Virus record (IMG/VR): IMGVR_UViG_3300043331_000267
Coordinates: 1-55,177 of that record
DNA: 55,177 nt
Strand: one strand, 5' to 3'
Source of the DNA: a virus
Shown here in pieces: positions 1 through 7,289 of the stretch (positions are counted from its first letter, which is position 1; every line of letters begins with the position of its first letter). The notes under the pieces were generated by a model. It searched no databases. It was not told the origin of the DNA and was given only the letters and a program-made list of their open reading frames with translations. Both the position numbers and the translations under genes were made by a program.

Positions 1-97
1 GATCATGGCTTACGGTTTCGCTCCATGATCTCGTGCCATTGCACGATGCGCGCCGGCAAATCGTTTCGCAGGTCGTGCAGCGATTTCCGCAGCTGGC
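1..97. repeat. 97-bp terminal overlap identical to 55081-55177 (circular closure)
   Basis: Read directly: both strings are identical base for base. The minus-strand lysis operon continues across the junction. Confidence 0.95.
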
Positions 98-197
98 GGA
101 TTTCCCACAGGCAGATGCCCCACAGCACCCCAGCCAGCGCGGCAATGATCCCTAGCAGCCACTTAATCAGGTCAATGGCTGCCGAGATCTCGTTCAC
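3..197 (-). CDS. Small single-pass membrane protein (holin/antiholin-like candidate), 64 aa
   Basis: Same frame as track ORF 3..278. GTG at 197 follows the TGA (199-201) of the upstream 58-aa ORF. One hydrophobic helix (LIKWLLGIIAALAGVLWGICLW) and a basic tail. Lies just upstream of the endolysin across the junction. Confidence 0.5.
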   Translation of the reverse strand: MNEISAAIDLIKWLLGIIAALAGVLWGICLWEIRQLRKSLHDLRNDLPARIVQWHEIMERNRKP

Positions 198-198
198 G

Positions 199-375
199 TC
201 AGTCCTCGTCGTGATCCGCGCCCTCCAGGCGCCTGTATGCCTTGCGCACCATCTCGCCGACCTGGGCGGGGGTCGCATCGTGTGGGACGGGTATGGTGTA
301 TTCGTACGAAGGCTCAGTGCTCAGTGCTTCCGCTGGCGCGGCCGTTCGGCGAATGATGATCACAGCGTGCGTCAT
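199..375 (-). CDS. Hypothetical 58-aa protein (below the track cutoff)
   Basis: ATG at 375 and TGA at 199-201, translating to MTHAVIIIRR...GADHDED. GC-rich third positions. Fills the gap between flanking minus-strand genes. Confidence 0.4.
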   Translation of the reverse strand: MTHAVIIIRRTAAPAEALSTEPSYEYTIPVPHDATPAQVGEMVRKAYRRLEGADHDED

Positions 376-384
376 GCGTTAATC

Positions 385-696
385 CTAGTGGCTTTCTTTG
401 ATCAAACCCTTGGCTTCGAGCTTCGCGACGGCCTTCTCCACTCGGTCCAGAGCAAGCCGGCCATCTGTTGCGCCGGCATCGGCGACGGCTTTGGCTTGCT
501 CGACCTGCTGCTGTAAGTCGGCTCGCGCACGTTCAACGCCGGCCTGGATCTTGGCGTCGATGATCTGTGCCATGTCCTGCCGCTCCCTCTCCCGAGCCGC
601 GTTATCCGAGATGTTCTGCCCAATCGCAAATGACGCCAAGATCATCGCAAGAATCGTCAGGATGAGTTGCGACTTATCTTCGACGATCTGCTTCAC
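385..696 (-). CDS. Type-II membrane protein with coiled-coil ectodomain (spanin-like architecture), 103 aa
   Basis: Track ORF is 385..978, but third-position GC becomes coding-like only from GTG 696 (VKQIVEDKSQL). TM helix LILTILAMILASFAIG is followed by an Ala/Gln/Glu-rich helix. Confidence 0.55.
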   Translation of the reverse strand: MKQIVEDKSQLILTILAMILASFAIGQNISDNAARERERQDMAQIIDAKIQAGVERARADLQQQVEQAKAVADAGATDGRLALDRVEKAVAKLEAKGLIKESH

Positions 697-1036
697 GTAC
701 TGTAGTGGCCCGCCCTTCGAGTCGATCGACTCGCTCGTCGAGTCCTGTAACGCGGTTCTGGACGCTCTTGATGTTGGATTCGAATTCGTCTCTTCGGACA
801 TACGGCTGCTCCGTGAGCTTGTTGACCTGGCCGGCAAGGTACTCGACCTTGGTAGCGACTTCCACCAACGTCTTGGTGTTATCGTTATCGCTCGAAAACC
901 ACCGGTTAGAAAACGATACGCAGACCCCAACAATGAGGCCACCGACAATAGTCGCGACCCAGTCGTTACCTTTTGCATTCAATGGCTCATCCTCATCGCC
1001 TCTAAGCTCGGCGGCAAAATCGTCGTTTTGCGGCAT
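674..1036 (-). CDS. Type-II membrane protein with coiled-coil ectodomain, 120 aa
   Basis: Acidic N-terminus, TM helix WVATIVGGLIVGVCVSF, then a heptad-like helix. High GC3 until about 700. Confidence 0.6.
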   Translation of the reverse strand: MPQNDDFAAELRGDEDEPLNAKGNDWVATIVGGLIVGVCVSFSNRWFSSDNDNTKTLVEVATKVEYLAGQVNKLTEQPYVRRDEFESNIKSVQNRVTGLDERVDRLEGRATTVREADRRR

Positions 1037-1075
1037 ATCCGTTACGGATCGAAGTCATCGGGCAGCGGCTTGTCC

Positions 1076-2170
1076 ATGGCGGAAGCACGTGGTTACACTT
1101 TCGAGATGAGAACGGAACTCCGGCCATTGACCGGTCTGCGCGGCATCGCATCGCTGTGGGTACTCGCTCATCATTCCCTCAAACTCGCCGCGGATATCGA
1201 CCCCTTCGCCAGATTGCCGCTGACCGCCCTTGGCAAAGCTGGGTATCTCGGTGTTGACATATTCTTTACCCTGTCGGGTTTCGTGATAGCTCTCAGCTAC
1301 GCCCGCATGGATATATCCACATCCAGCTATGGTCGTTTCCTCTGGAAACGACTCGCGCGCATCTATCCGGTGCATCTCGCGACGCTGCTGATATTTGCAT
1401 CAACGCTCACGTTCCGCACCGTAGATGCCGATTTGTCCATGAGTGGTTTGCTTAGGACGCTGACCCTCACGCACGCGTGGGAATTGCCCATCGACAAGGT
1501 GTGGCACTCGATTTCGTGGTCGATCAGCGCCGAGTGGGCGGCGTATATGGCCTTTCCGGCCGTTGCACTCGCAACTCAAAATCTCAGACCGGCCGCGATA
1601 CTGACGTGCATATCCATCCTCTTTGCCGCATTACTCATCGTGCTGCTCGTTTCGCCATGGCCCGAAACGTTCGTGTATGGCATGCCTCGCATCGCCGTCG
1701 AGTTCACTGCCGGCGTGCTGTTGTACCGCCTGTGGTGCTACACGAAACACACGATCAACACGCTGACGATCACGGCCCTGCTGGTCATGATCTTCGGTGG
1801 CAACCTCATCGATCTCGTTGCCGGCATGGGCACAGCGATGTTCATCATGCCGATACTCGGGTGCGTGATCGTCTATGGACTCGCGTGTTCGACCGGACTG
1901 CTTTCGATGGTATTCACCCGCCTCGAATACCTTGGGCATATCTCCTATGCGCTGTACCTGTTCCACATGATCCCGTACGGCATTTCTCAATGGCTGCTTG
2001 CAGGTCAAGGCGATGACACCTCGGCCGTCTATGTCGCCATTCTTGCGAGCGCTGGAATCTCCTTGGTTGGCGCTCATCTGCTGTACCGATTTGTCGAGCA
2101 GCCAGCGCGGCAATGGCTGCTTAGCGCCATCAGCCCCGCCGAACGCGCTCAGACGATATCCAACCGGTAA
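1076..2170 (+). CDS. Acyltransferase-3 family integral membrane protein (OafA/Oac-like O-antigen acetylase), lysogenic-conversion moron
   Basis: Track ORF is 398..2170, and its first 226 codons are an antisense shadow of the 385..1036 genes. From ATG 1076 there are about 10 hydrophobic helices. The opening LRPLTGLRGIASLWVLAHH is typical of the family. Confidence 0.8.
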   Translation: MAEARGYTFEMRTELRPLTGLRGIASLWVLAHHSLKLAADIDPFARLPLTALGKAGYLGVDIFFTLSGFVIALSYARMDISTSSYGRFLWKRLARIYPVHLATLLIFASTLTFRTVDADLSMSGLLRTLTLTHAWELPIDKVWHSISWSISAEWAAYMAFPAVALATQNLRPAAILTCISILFAALLIVLLVSPWPETFVYGMPRIAVEFTAGVLLYRLWCYTKHTINTLTITALLVMIFGGNLIDLVAGMGTAMFIMPILGCVIVYGLACSTGLLSMVFTRLEYLGHISYALYLFHMIPYGISQWLLAGQGDDTSAVYVAILASAGISLVGAHLLYRFVEQPARQWLLSAISPAERAQTISNR

Positions 2171-2319
2171 CGGCATGGCTTGCCTTCAAGCACAAATGAA
2201 TCAGGAGATGACTCGATCTCATCTATCCGCATCGTAGCCTCTTGTTCGGTGGGGTACTCTGCGACCACAGATTCCTGACCATCCAATCCGCCGACGATTC
2301 TGATGATCTGATACGTCAT
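2149..2319 (-). CDS. Hypothetical 56-aa protein coupled to the tailspike (below the track cutoff)
   Basis: ATGA overlap with the stop of 2316..4334. Translates to MTYQIIRIVGG...CRYRLDIV. Overlaps the acyltransferase 3' end convergently by 22 nt. Confidence 0.35.
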   Translation of the reverse strand: MTYQIIRIVGGLDGQESVVAEYPTEQEATMRIDEIESSPDSFVLEGKPCRYRLDIV

Positions 2320-4334
2320 CGCAGATAGCCTCGTTCTCGCAAGTCGTTAATCAGCGTCCCGAGCACATCAGCGAGTTCGTCAGTCGTAGTCGCATTGGCA
2401 TCGTATGACCTGTCGGTACTGACATTGCTTGCTGTGTATGTCGGAGGCGTTCCGGAACCGGGATCGATAGCCCAGACGCCTGGTTTCTCTACGATATGCC
2501 AATAGCCAGCTTGTCGGCACTCAAGCACGAGGCGAGAGCCGCGCACAGATGACTTGATGCTCGTTCCAGCTGCGTACCCATCGGCCAGCGGCACGATCTT
2601 ATCGGCGCCGTTCGGAGCGATGCCCATTGTCTGCGCAGCCCAGACCTCGAAGGACAAGCGCCAACCAACACGAGCCGATGTTGCCTGAATCAACGTGATA
2701 GTGATTGCACCCGAAGCTCCATTGTTGGTGATGGTTCGTCCCAGATAGCGAGCATCAGAAATCGTGACGTTGCCCGTTTGATGCGAGAAAATCTCAGGGA
2801 CGCTGATAATGCGCGGAACGGCCGTTGCGTCAGCAGACCATGGATTCGTTCCTGCATACGCATACTTTGGGTTATGGATCTCTGTCGCCGCCCACGCACC
2901 AGAGAACCGAAATGGCGCCAAAGACGCAGCGTTCAGAAATCCGTCGTCATCTCGCACCATCGGATCGACGACGCGAATATTGCCAGGGGTTGAAGTATGC
3001 GAGCCTGAGTTGTGAAGGATGATTCCGCCATTGATCGTGCTCGTAGTGCCCTGCGCTTGGTTGGGATTGATAACTGTCGAGCGAATGAGTTCGACGAGAG
3101 GACCATTCACATCCCAGTCATACACGTGGATGCCAGCTTGCTGCTCATCCACCATGACCGCATCAACAACACGAATTCGGCCACGGCACGGGGTCGTCGA
3201 CGGAAGTCGATTGATGTCGATGCCGGGTCGTAACCGGCCTGACTGCGAGACTGTACCGTTGTCATTGGTGTACTGCTCAATGATCTCAATATCGGCGTAG
3301 TTTCCAGTCGCGTTCCACGCAGCAAGAAACACTTCAACGCCAGGACCATCATTGCCGACGCAGCGGCATCGGATCATCTTGATGTCTTCGAGAACGTCGG
3401 TAGTCGCGTTCGGTTCGATGTCATATCCAGCGCACGGGGCGGTCCCGTTCGTATTTTGGAACAGACAATCGACAGCTCGAAAGTGGCGAGCGTTTACAAC
3501 CGACAGCCCTTGCCTGCGGTTGTCATCGGCCACAACACCAATCAGCTTTATGCGAGTGGCGGGATCGCCGGCATCCCCGCCTACATAGTATCCGTCGCCA
3601 CCAGTGCTCGACGACTCAAGGCCCTCGATTGTGACGTTTTGTGCGCCATAGATACGCACTCCGTGCCGCTGCTCTCCGGAGGTGTAATCTGCGCGAACCA
3701 TCTGCACTTTCGCGCCCCACCCAACGATGTGGATGTTGTCGTTGGTGATGTTGACCAGTCGATCGTTCGCGCCCAGCGTCGAGACGGCCTTGATGACCGT
3801 TCCCGGCTCTAGGTATAGCAGTGTGTTCGCGGGCAGTGTAAACGGGCCAGTGCGATATGTGCCGCGCTTGATGAATATCGCCTGTCCCGCGATGGCACAC
3901 AGATTCGTGAATGCCGTGGTGTTGTCTGTTGAGTCGTCGCCATTCAGCCCATAGCGAAGCACCGCATCCGTCCATGGCCGCGTACTTCCCGCATAGTCCA
4001 CCGGCGTCACGCCCGCGGCGATCTCGGCGGCGGTGCGCGTGTAGGTTGCCGGTATCTGATCGTTGATCGGATCGACGGTGTATAAATCTACATCCGCACT
4101 GGTCCGAAGCGTCAGCTTGTGCCGTACCCCAGGATTCATGTAGATCGCCGGAAGGAAGCCGAGGAAGTCAGCCACAACCGGATTCGCATGCGGAATCGTC
4201 AGGTCGGCGTCCTGATAAACCGTCTGCAGCGTCGTCGTTCCCGTCTGGTAGAAATACGCCTTTGCACCCGGGACAGTCTGAAGGTTTCCGTTGTAGTTCA
4301 GCTGCCGAGGGAGCTTGAAAAGTTGATGTGACAT
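2316..4334 (-). CDS. Tailspike / receptor-binding protein 3 with pectate-lyase-like beta-helix (probable polysaccharide depolymerase)
   Basis: 672 aa. The N-terminal ~95 aa are shared with the two upstream RBPs (GAKAYFY..PHANPVVAD..KLTL). RYGLNGDDSTDNTTAFTN...IFIKRGTYRTG resembles the start of Pectate_lyase_3. Confidence 0.8.
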   Translation of the reverse strand: MSHQLFKLPRQLNYNGNLQTVPGAKAYFYQTGTTTLQTVYQDADLTIPHANPVVADFLGFLPAIYMNPGVRHKLTLRTSADVDLYTVDPINDQIPATYTRTAAEIAAGVTPVDYAGSTRPWTDAVLRYGLNGDDSTDNTTAFTNLCAIAGQAIFIKRGTYRTGPFTLPANTLLYLEPGTVIKAVSTLGANDRLVNITNDNIHIVGWGAKVQMVRADYTSGEQRHGVRIYGAQNVTIEGLESSSTGGDGYYVGGDAGDPATRIKLIGVVADDNRRQGLSVVNARHFRAVDCLFQNTNGTAPCAGYDIEPNATTDVLEDIKMIRCRCVGNDGPGVEVFLAAWNATGNYADIEIIEQYTNDNGTVSQSGRLRPGIDINRLPSTTPCRGRIRVVDAVMVDEQQAGIHVYDWDVNGPLVELIRSTVINPNQAQGTTSTINGGIILHNSGSHTSTPGNIRVVDPMVRDDDGFLNAASLAPFRFSGAWAATEIHNPKYAYAGTNPWSADATAVPRIISVPEIFSHQTGNVTISDARYLGRTITNNGASGAITITLIQATSARVGWRLSFEVWAAQTMGIAPNGADKIVPLADGYAAGTSIKSSVRGSRLVLECRQAGYWHIVEKPGVWAIDPGSGTPPTYTASNVSTDRSYDANATTTDELADVLGTLINDLRERGYLR

Positions 4335-6170
4335 CTAGATCACGCAGAGGCAAAGCTCGTCGAAGTCAATAACGTTTCCACCGCCTACGGCAGCGGCGTT
4401 TACCTGAGTTCGAATGGTGTTAGTGCCGGCTGGTGCAATTCCGATGATTGCCTTGTGAGCCCACGCGGTGTCCGTGCTCTCAATAGAGTCACTGCGATCT
4501 GATGCCGTGATCGCATTTCCGGCCTTGTCGAGGAATCGCAACTGGGGTGTCGCTACGGTCCCTGTTCCGGATGACACTCTCGCGGCATACGAGAAAACAA
4601 CGAGTCGTCCAACGGCGTGAGGGGCGTCAACATCCTGACGAAACACGATGTCGTCTGTGGCGTTTGGAGCCGTCAGTCGAAAACCATAACTTCCGTTCAA
4701 TAGAGCCGCAGCGCTCGCGACAGCTGTGCCAGTCGCGCCACCGCCGGCAACTTTCGTCCACCCGCTTTCGCTGTTGTACTCAGCGTCACCGTTCGTCAGC
4801 AAGTTCGCTGATTTTGCGAGTTGAAGATTGTTCGTCGGGCCATTCAGCGATGAGAGCGCATACGAGGCACAGCCGATCGCCGTTACACGGCCAGGACCAA
4901 CGGCGAAGTGTCTCAGGTTATAGGTTGCGTCATTCTGGAACAGCAGATAAGACCCGGACAGCGGAATGTGCGTTCCGTTGAACGTCAGCGATGAGTCGGC
5001 GCTCTCAAGCAAGAACGGCGCCATGGCGAAGTTCGCGCCAGAGTTGATAACGATCTGACCGCCCTGGACATTGCAATTGCTCGTGCCTGCAAGCCGAATC
5101 ATTCGGTAGCCCGTGTTGGCTTGCGCTTCGATATTGCACCCTGCGATGTCGATGCGGGCATCGGTGACGCCATAGATGGTTACAGACACTCCGAATGAGC
5201 AACCGTTAAACACGAAGTGGCCGGCATCCATGTAGAGATCAGCCGTGCCAATCACGAACCAGCAGTGATCGAACTGCATGACCTCTCCAGCGTTGCTGAT
5301 GCCAGCAGGAAACGACAGCACTCTCCCGCCGTCACGCGTGTACTCGAAGCAGCAATGATCGAACCGGGTACGCCAAGCGTTGTCCGTGAACGCGACCAAT
5401 GTATTGAACTTAAAGAATGTGCAGTTCTCAAACAGGATTTCACTGCTGTTGACATACGAGGCGCCAACACGGCCGACCGTGATCCCGGTGTGACCAGCGT
5501 CTAGATCCCCACGGAAGGCAATACCGCTGATCTTGTGCGTCCCGTTCCTTGGCGGTCCTGACGCGTCAAAGATGTGCGTTGAATACACCTGTAGTGTGCC
5601 GCCCGCAGACATGTCGAAAGTGACGCCAACCCCTTCCAACGAGGTAGTACGAATGTCGAGCAGCAGTGCCCCGTCGACCTTGTACGTCGTCTCTTCCCCG
5701 CACCAGATCCGTCCGCCCATGTTCAGAGCGTTTTGAATGATGCTTGTCGCGTTGACTGCGCCGGTCGGATCTGCTCCGTACCTTCGAAGATCGCCATATT
5801 CTCGGTAGTTGTTGACGACTGTCAGACCTGCAGCAGTTTCTGCGGCAAGCGTCGGGTATAGATATCCGCCAATGACTGTCTGCGACAGAATCACGTCGTT
5901 GACGGGATCGGCCGTGTACAGATCAACATCGGACGCCGTCTTCAGCGTGAGCTTGTAATTGCGTGAAGGGTCAAAGTAGATGACCGGGAGAACACCCGCC
6001 GAGTCGGCGACAACCGGGTTTGCATGCGGCGTGGTCCGAGCGGAATCCTGATACGTGTCGAGCGGCGTGGTCGTCCCACTCACGTAAAAGTACGCTTTCG
6101 CTCCCGACAGGAGCGTCATGTTCGAGCTGACACCTACCTGCTTAGGCAGTTGGAAGACTTGGTACGACAT
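4335..6170 (-). CDS. Tailspike / receptor-binding protein 2 (beta-helix, C-terminal jelly-roll-like domain)
   Basis: 611 aa with the same N-terminal anchor. YGADPTGAVNATSIIQNALN looks like a beta-helix start. The C-terminus (NGDAEYNSESGWTKV...) is CBM-like. Confidence 0.75.
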   Translation of the reverse strand: MSYQVFQLPKQVGVSSNMTLLSGAKAYFYVSGTTTPLDTYQDSARTTPHANPVVADSAGVLPVIYFDPSRNYKLTLKTASDVDLYTADPVNDVILSQTVIGGYLYPTLAAETAAGLTVVNNYREYGDLRRYGADPTGAVNATSIIQNALNMGGRIWCGEETTYKVDGALLLDIRTTSLEGVGVTFDMSAGGTLQVYSTHIFDASGPPRNGTHKISGIAFRGDLDAGHTGITVGRVGASYVNSSEILFENCTFFKFNTLVAFTDNAWRTRFDHCCFEYTRDGGRVLSFPAGISNAGEVMQFDHCWFVIGTADLYMDAGHFVFNGCSFGVSVTIYGVTDARIDIAGCNIEAQANTGYRMIRLAGTSNCNVQGGQIVINSGANFAMAPFLLESADSSLTFNGTHIPLSGSYLLFQNDATYNLRHFAVGPGRVTAIGCASYALSSLNGPTNNLQLAKSANLLTNGDAEYNSESGWTKVAGGGATGTAVASAAALLNGSYGFRLTAPNATDDIVFRQDVDAPHAVGRLVVFSYAARVSSGTGTVATPQLRFLDKAGNAITASDRSDSIESTDTAWAHKAIIGIAPAGTNTIRTQVNAAAVGGGNVIDFDELCLCVI

Positions 6171-7147
6171 TACGCGCTGATCCTGGCAATCGAAATCAGA
6201 CTTCCACTGAGCAAGCGCGTGATATCTGCATCAGAGGTCAGCTGAGCCCATTGAAGTTTTATAGTCATGGCGCCTGATGGGGTGAGAGTCGCATAGTCAA
6301 TGCGACGAATCAGCGCTTCTGTTACTGGTGCTGCGTAACCGATCAATGAGAGTGCGGTTCCTAAGCTGCTAATCGCTGCCGCACCAGCATTGATTTGCTC
6401 TAACCCGCAACCTCCAATCGCGTTTGCGCTTCCATTATCGAAAGAATAGTTAAATTTGAATCCGCCGGATCCGCCGGTAAGCCCAACAACGTTAAGCACA
6501 GTTTCAATTCGATAAGTACCGGCGACAGGAACAGATAGTGTTAGCTCTGGATCATCTGCCAAAGTTGTTGTGCTGCTGCGATCCGTATTTACTGTCTTAC
6601 GTACCGCAAGTGATCCGAGAGCTTCCAGGCTATTGACTTGTACTTGAGTCGCCAAAAGATTGATCAGGTCGACTGTTGATCCAGTTCGATCGATGATCGC
6701 TAGATCGGTTGCGACGCTTTCTGCATCGTTGAGCAGGGAGATGCGCATCTGCTCGGCGTTGACGCGGACGCGCCATTTCTTGTTGCCTGCCGAGGCATCC
6801 GTCTCTTCGAAGATCAACTCTGGTGCGGCCGACTTCAGCCTGAACGTTTGTCCAGTGTTTTGATTCGACGGGTAATCATCGATAGGATAGCCAGGCTGGG
6901 GCACGTCCGAACTGTCGGTGAGCAGCACGCGGTAGTTCGGGAGCGATGGGTCGAGGTAGATTTTTGAGAACACCCCCGCGCCATTGGCGACAACCGGATT
7001 CGCATGCGGCACGGTCAACGCCAGATCCTGATAGACGTTTTGCGGCGTGCTGGTGCCGGTCTGAGTAAAGGTCAACTTCGCGCCCGGTAGCGGCGTATTG
7101 AGCGCCGAGAGAGCAACGAATTGAGGCCCCGTGAATAGTTGCGGCAT
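6170..7147 (-). CDS. Tail fibre / receptor-binding protein 1
   Basis: 325 aa. The N-terminus (GAKLTFTQTGT..PHANPVVANGAG) is paralogous to the two tailspikes and the C-terminus is unrelated. Lies directly after the ejection proteins. Confidence 0.7.
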   Translation of the reverse strand: MPQLFTGPQFVALSALNTPLPGAKLTFTQTGTSTPQNVYQDLALTVPHANPVVANGAGVFSKIYLDPSLPNYRVLLTDSSDVPQPGYPIDDYPSNQNTGQTFRLKSAAPELIFEETDASAGNKKWRVRVNAEQMRISLLNDAESVATDLAIIDRTGSTVDLINLLATQVQVNSLEALGSLAVRKTVNTDRSSTTTLADDPELTLSVPVAGTYRIETVLNVVGLTGGSGGFKFNYSFDNGSANAIGGCGLEQINAGAAAISSLGTALSLIGYAAPVTEALIRRIDYATLTPSGAMTIKLQWAQLTSDADITRLLSGSLISIARISA

Positions 7148-7288
7148 CTAACTTGAGATCACTAGTTGAATGATCAGACCAACGGATGCAATTACGATCG
7201 CAAGCTGCGCAGCAGGCGCATTTGGATTACGTGTCGTGTATGCGAAGTGGTTCCAGGGGAACTTGCTCGGCTTCTTCGGCTTCTGCAC
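7148..7288 (-). CDS. Hypothetical 46-aa C-tail-anchored peptide (below the track cutoff)
   Basis: GTG at 7288 and TAG at 7148-7150, abutting the ATG of the RBP1 gene. Basic N-terminus and hydrophobic end (LAIVIASVGLIIQLVI). Confidence 0.35.
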   Translation of the reverse strand: MQKPKKPSKFPWNHFAYTTRNPNAPAAQLAIVIASVGLIIQLVISS

Positions 7289-7289
7289 G

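Noticed and set aside
1-97. Biological direct terminal repeat (T7-like ends)
   Set aside because: P22-type terminase and portal content suggests headful packaging. The repeat cuts through the lysis operon with no packaging signals visible, so an assembly closure overlap is more likely.
398-1075. N-terminal 226 codons of track ORF 398..2170
   Set aside because: This is the antisense shadow of the minus-strand genes 385..1036. It is Ser/Arg/Cys-rich and has no membrane helices. The acyltransferase signature begins only after ATG 1076.
2316-7147. Diversity-generating retroelement acting on the tail-fibre genes
   Set aside because: No reverse transcriptase gene and no template/variable repeat pair was seen. 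The shared N-termini are ordinary diverged paralogy.
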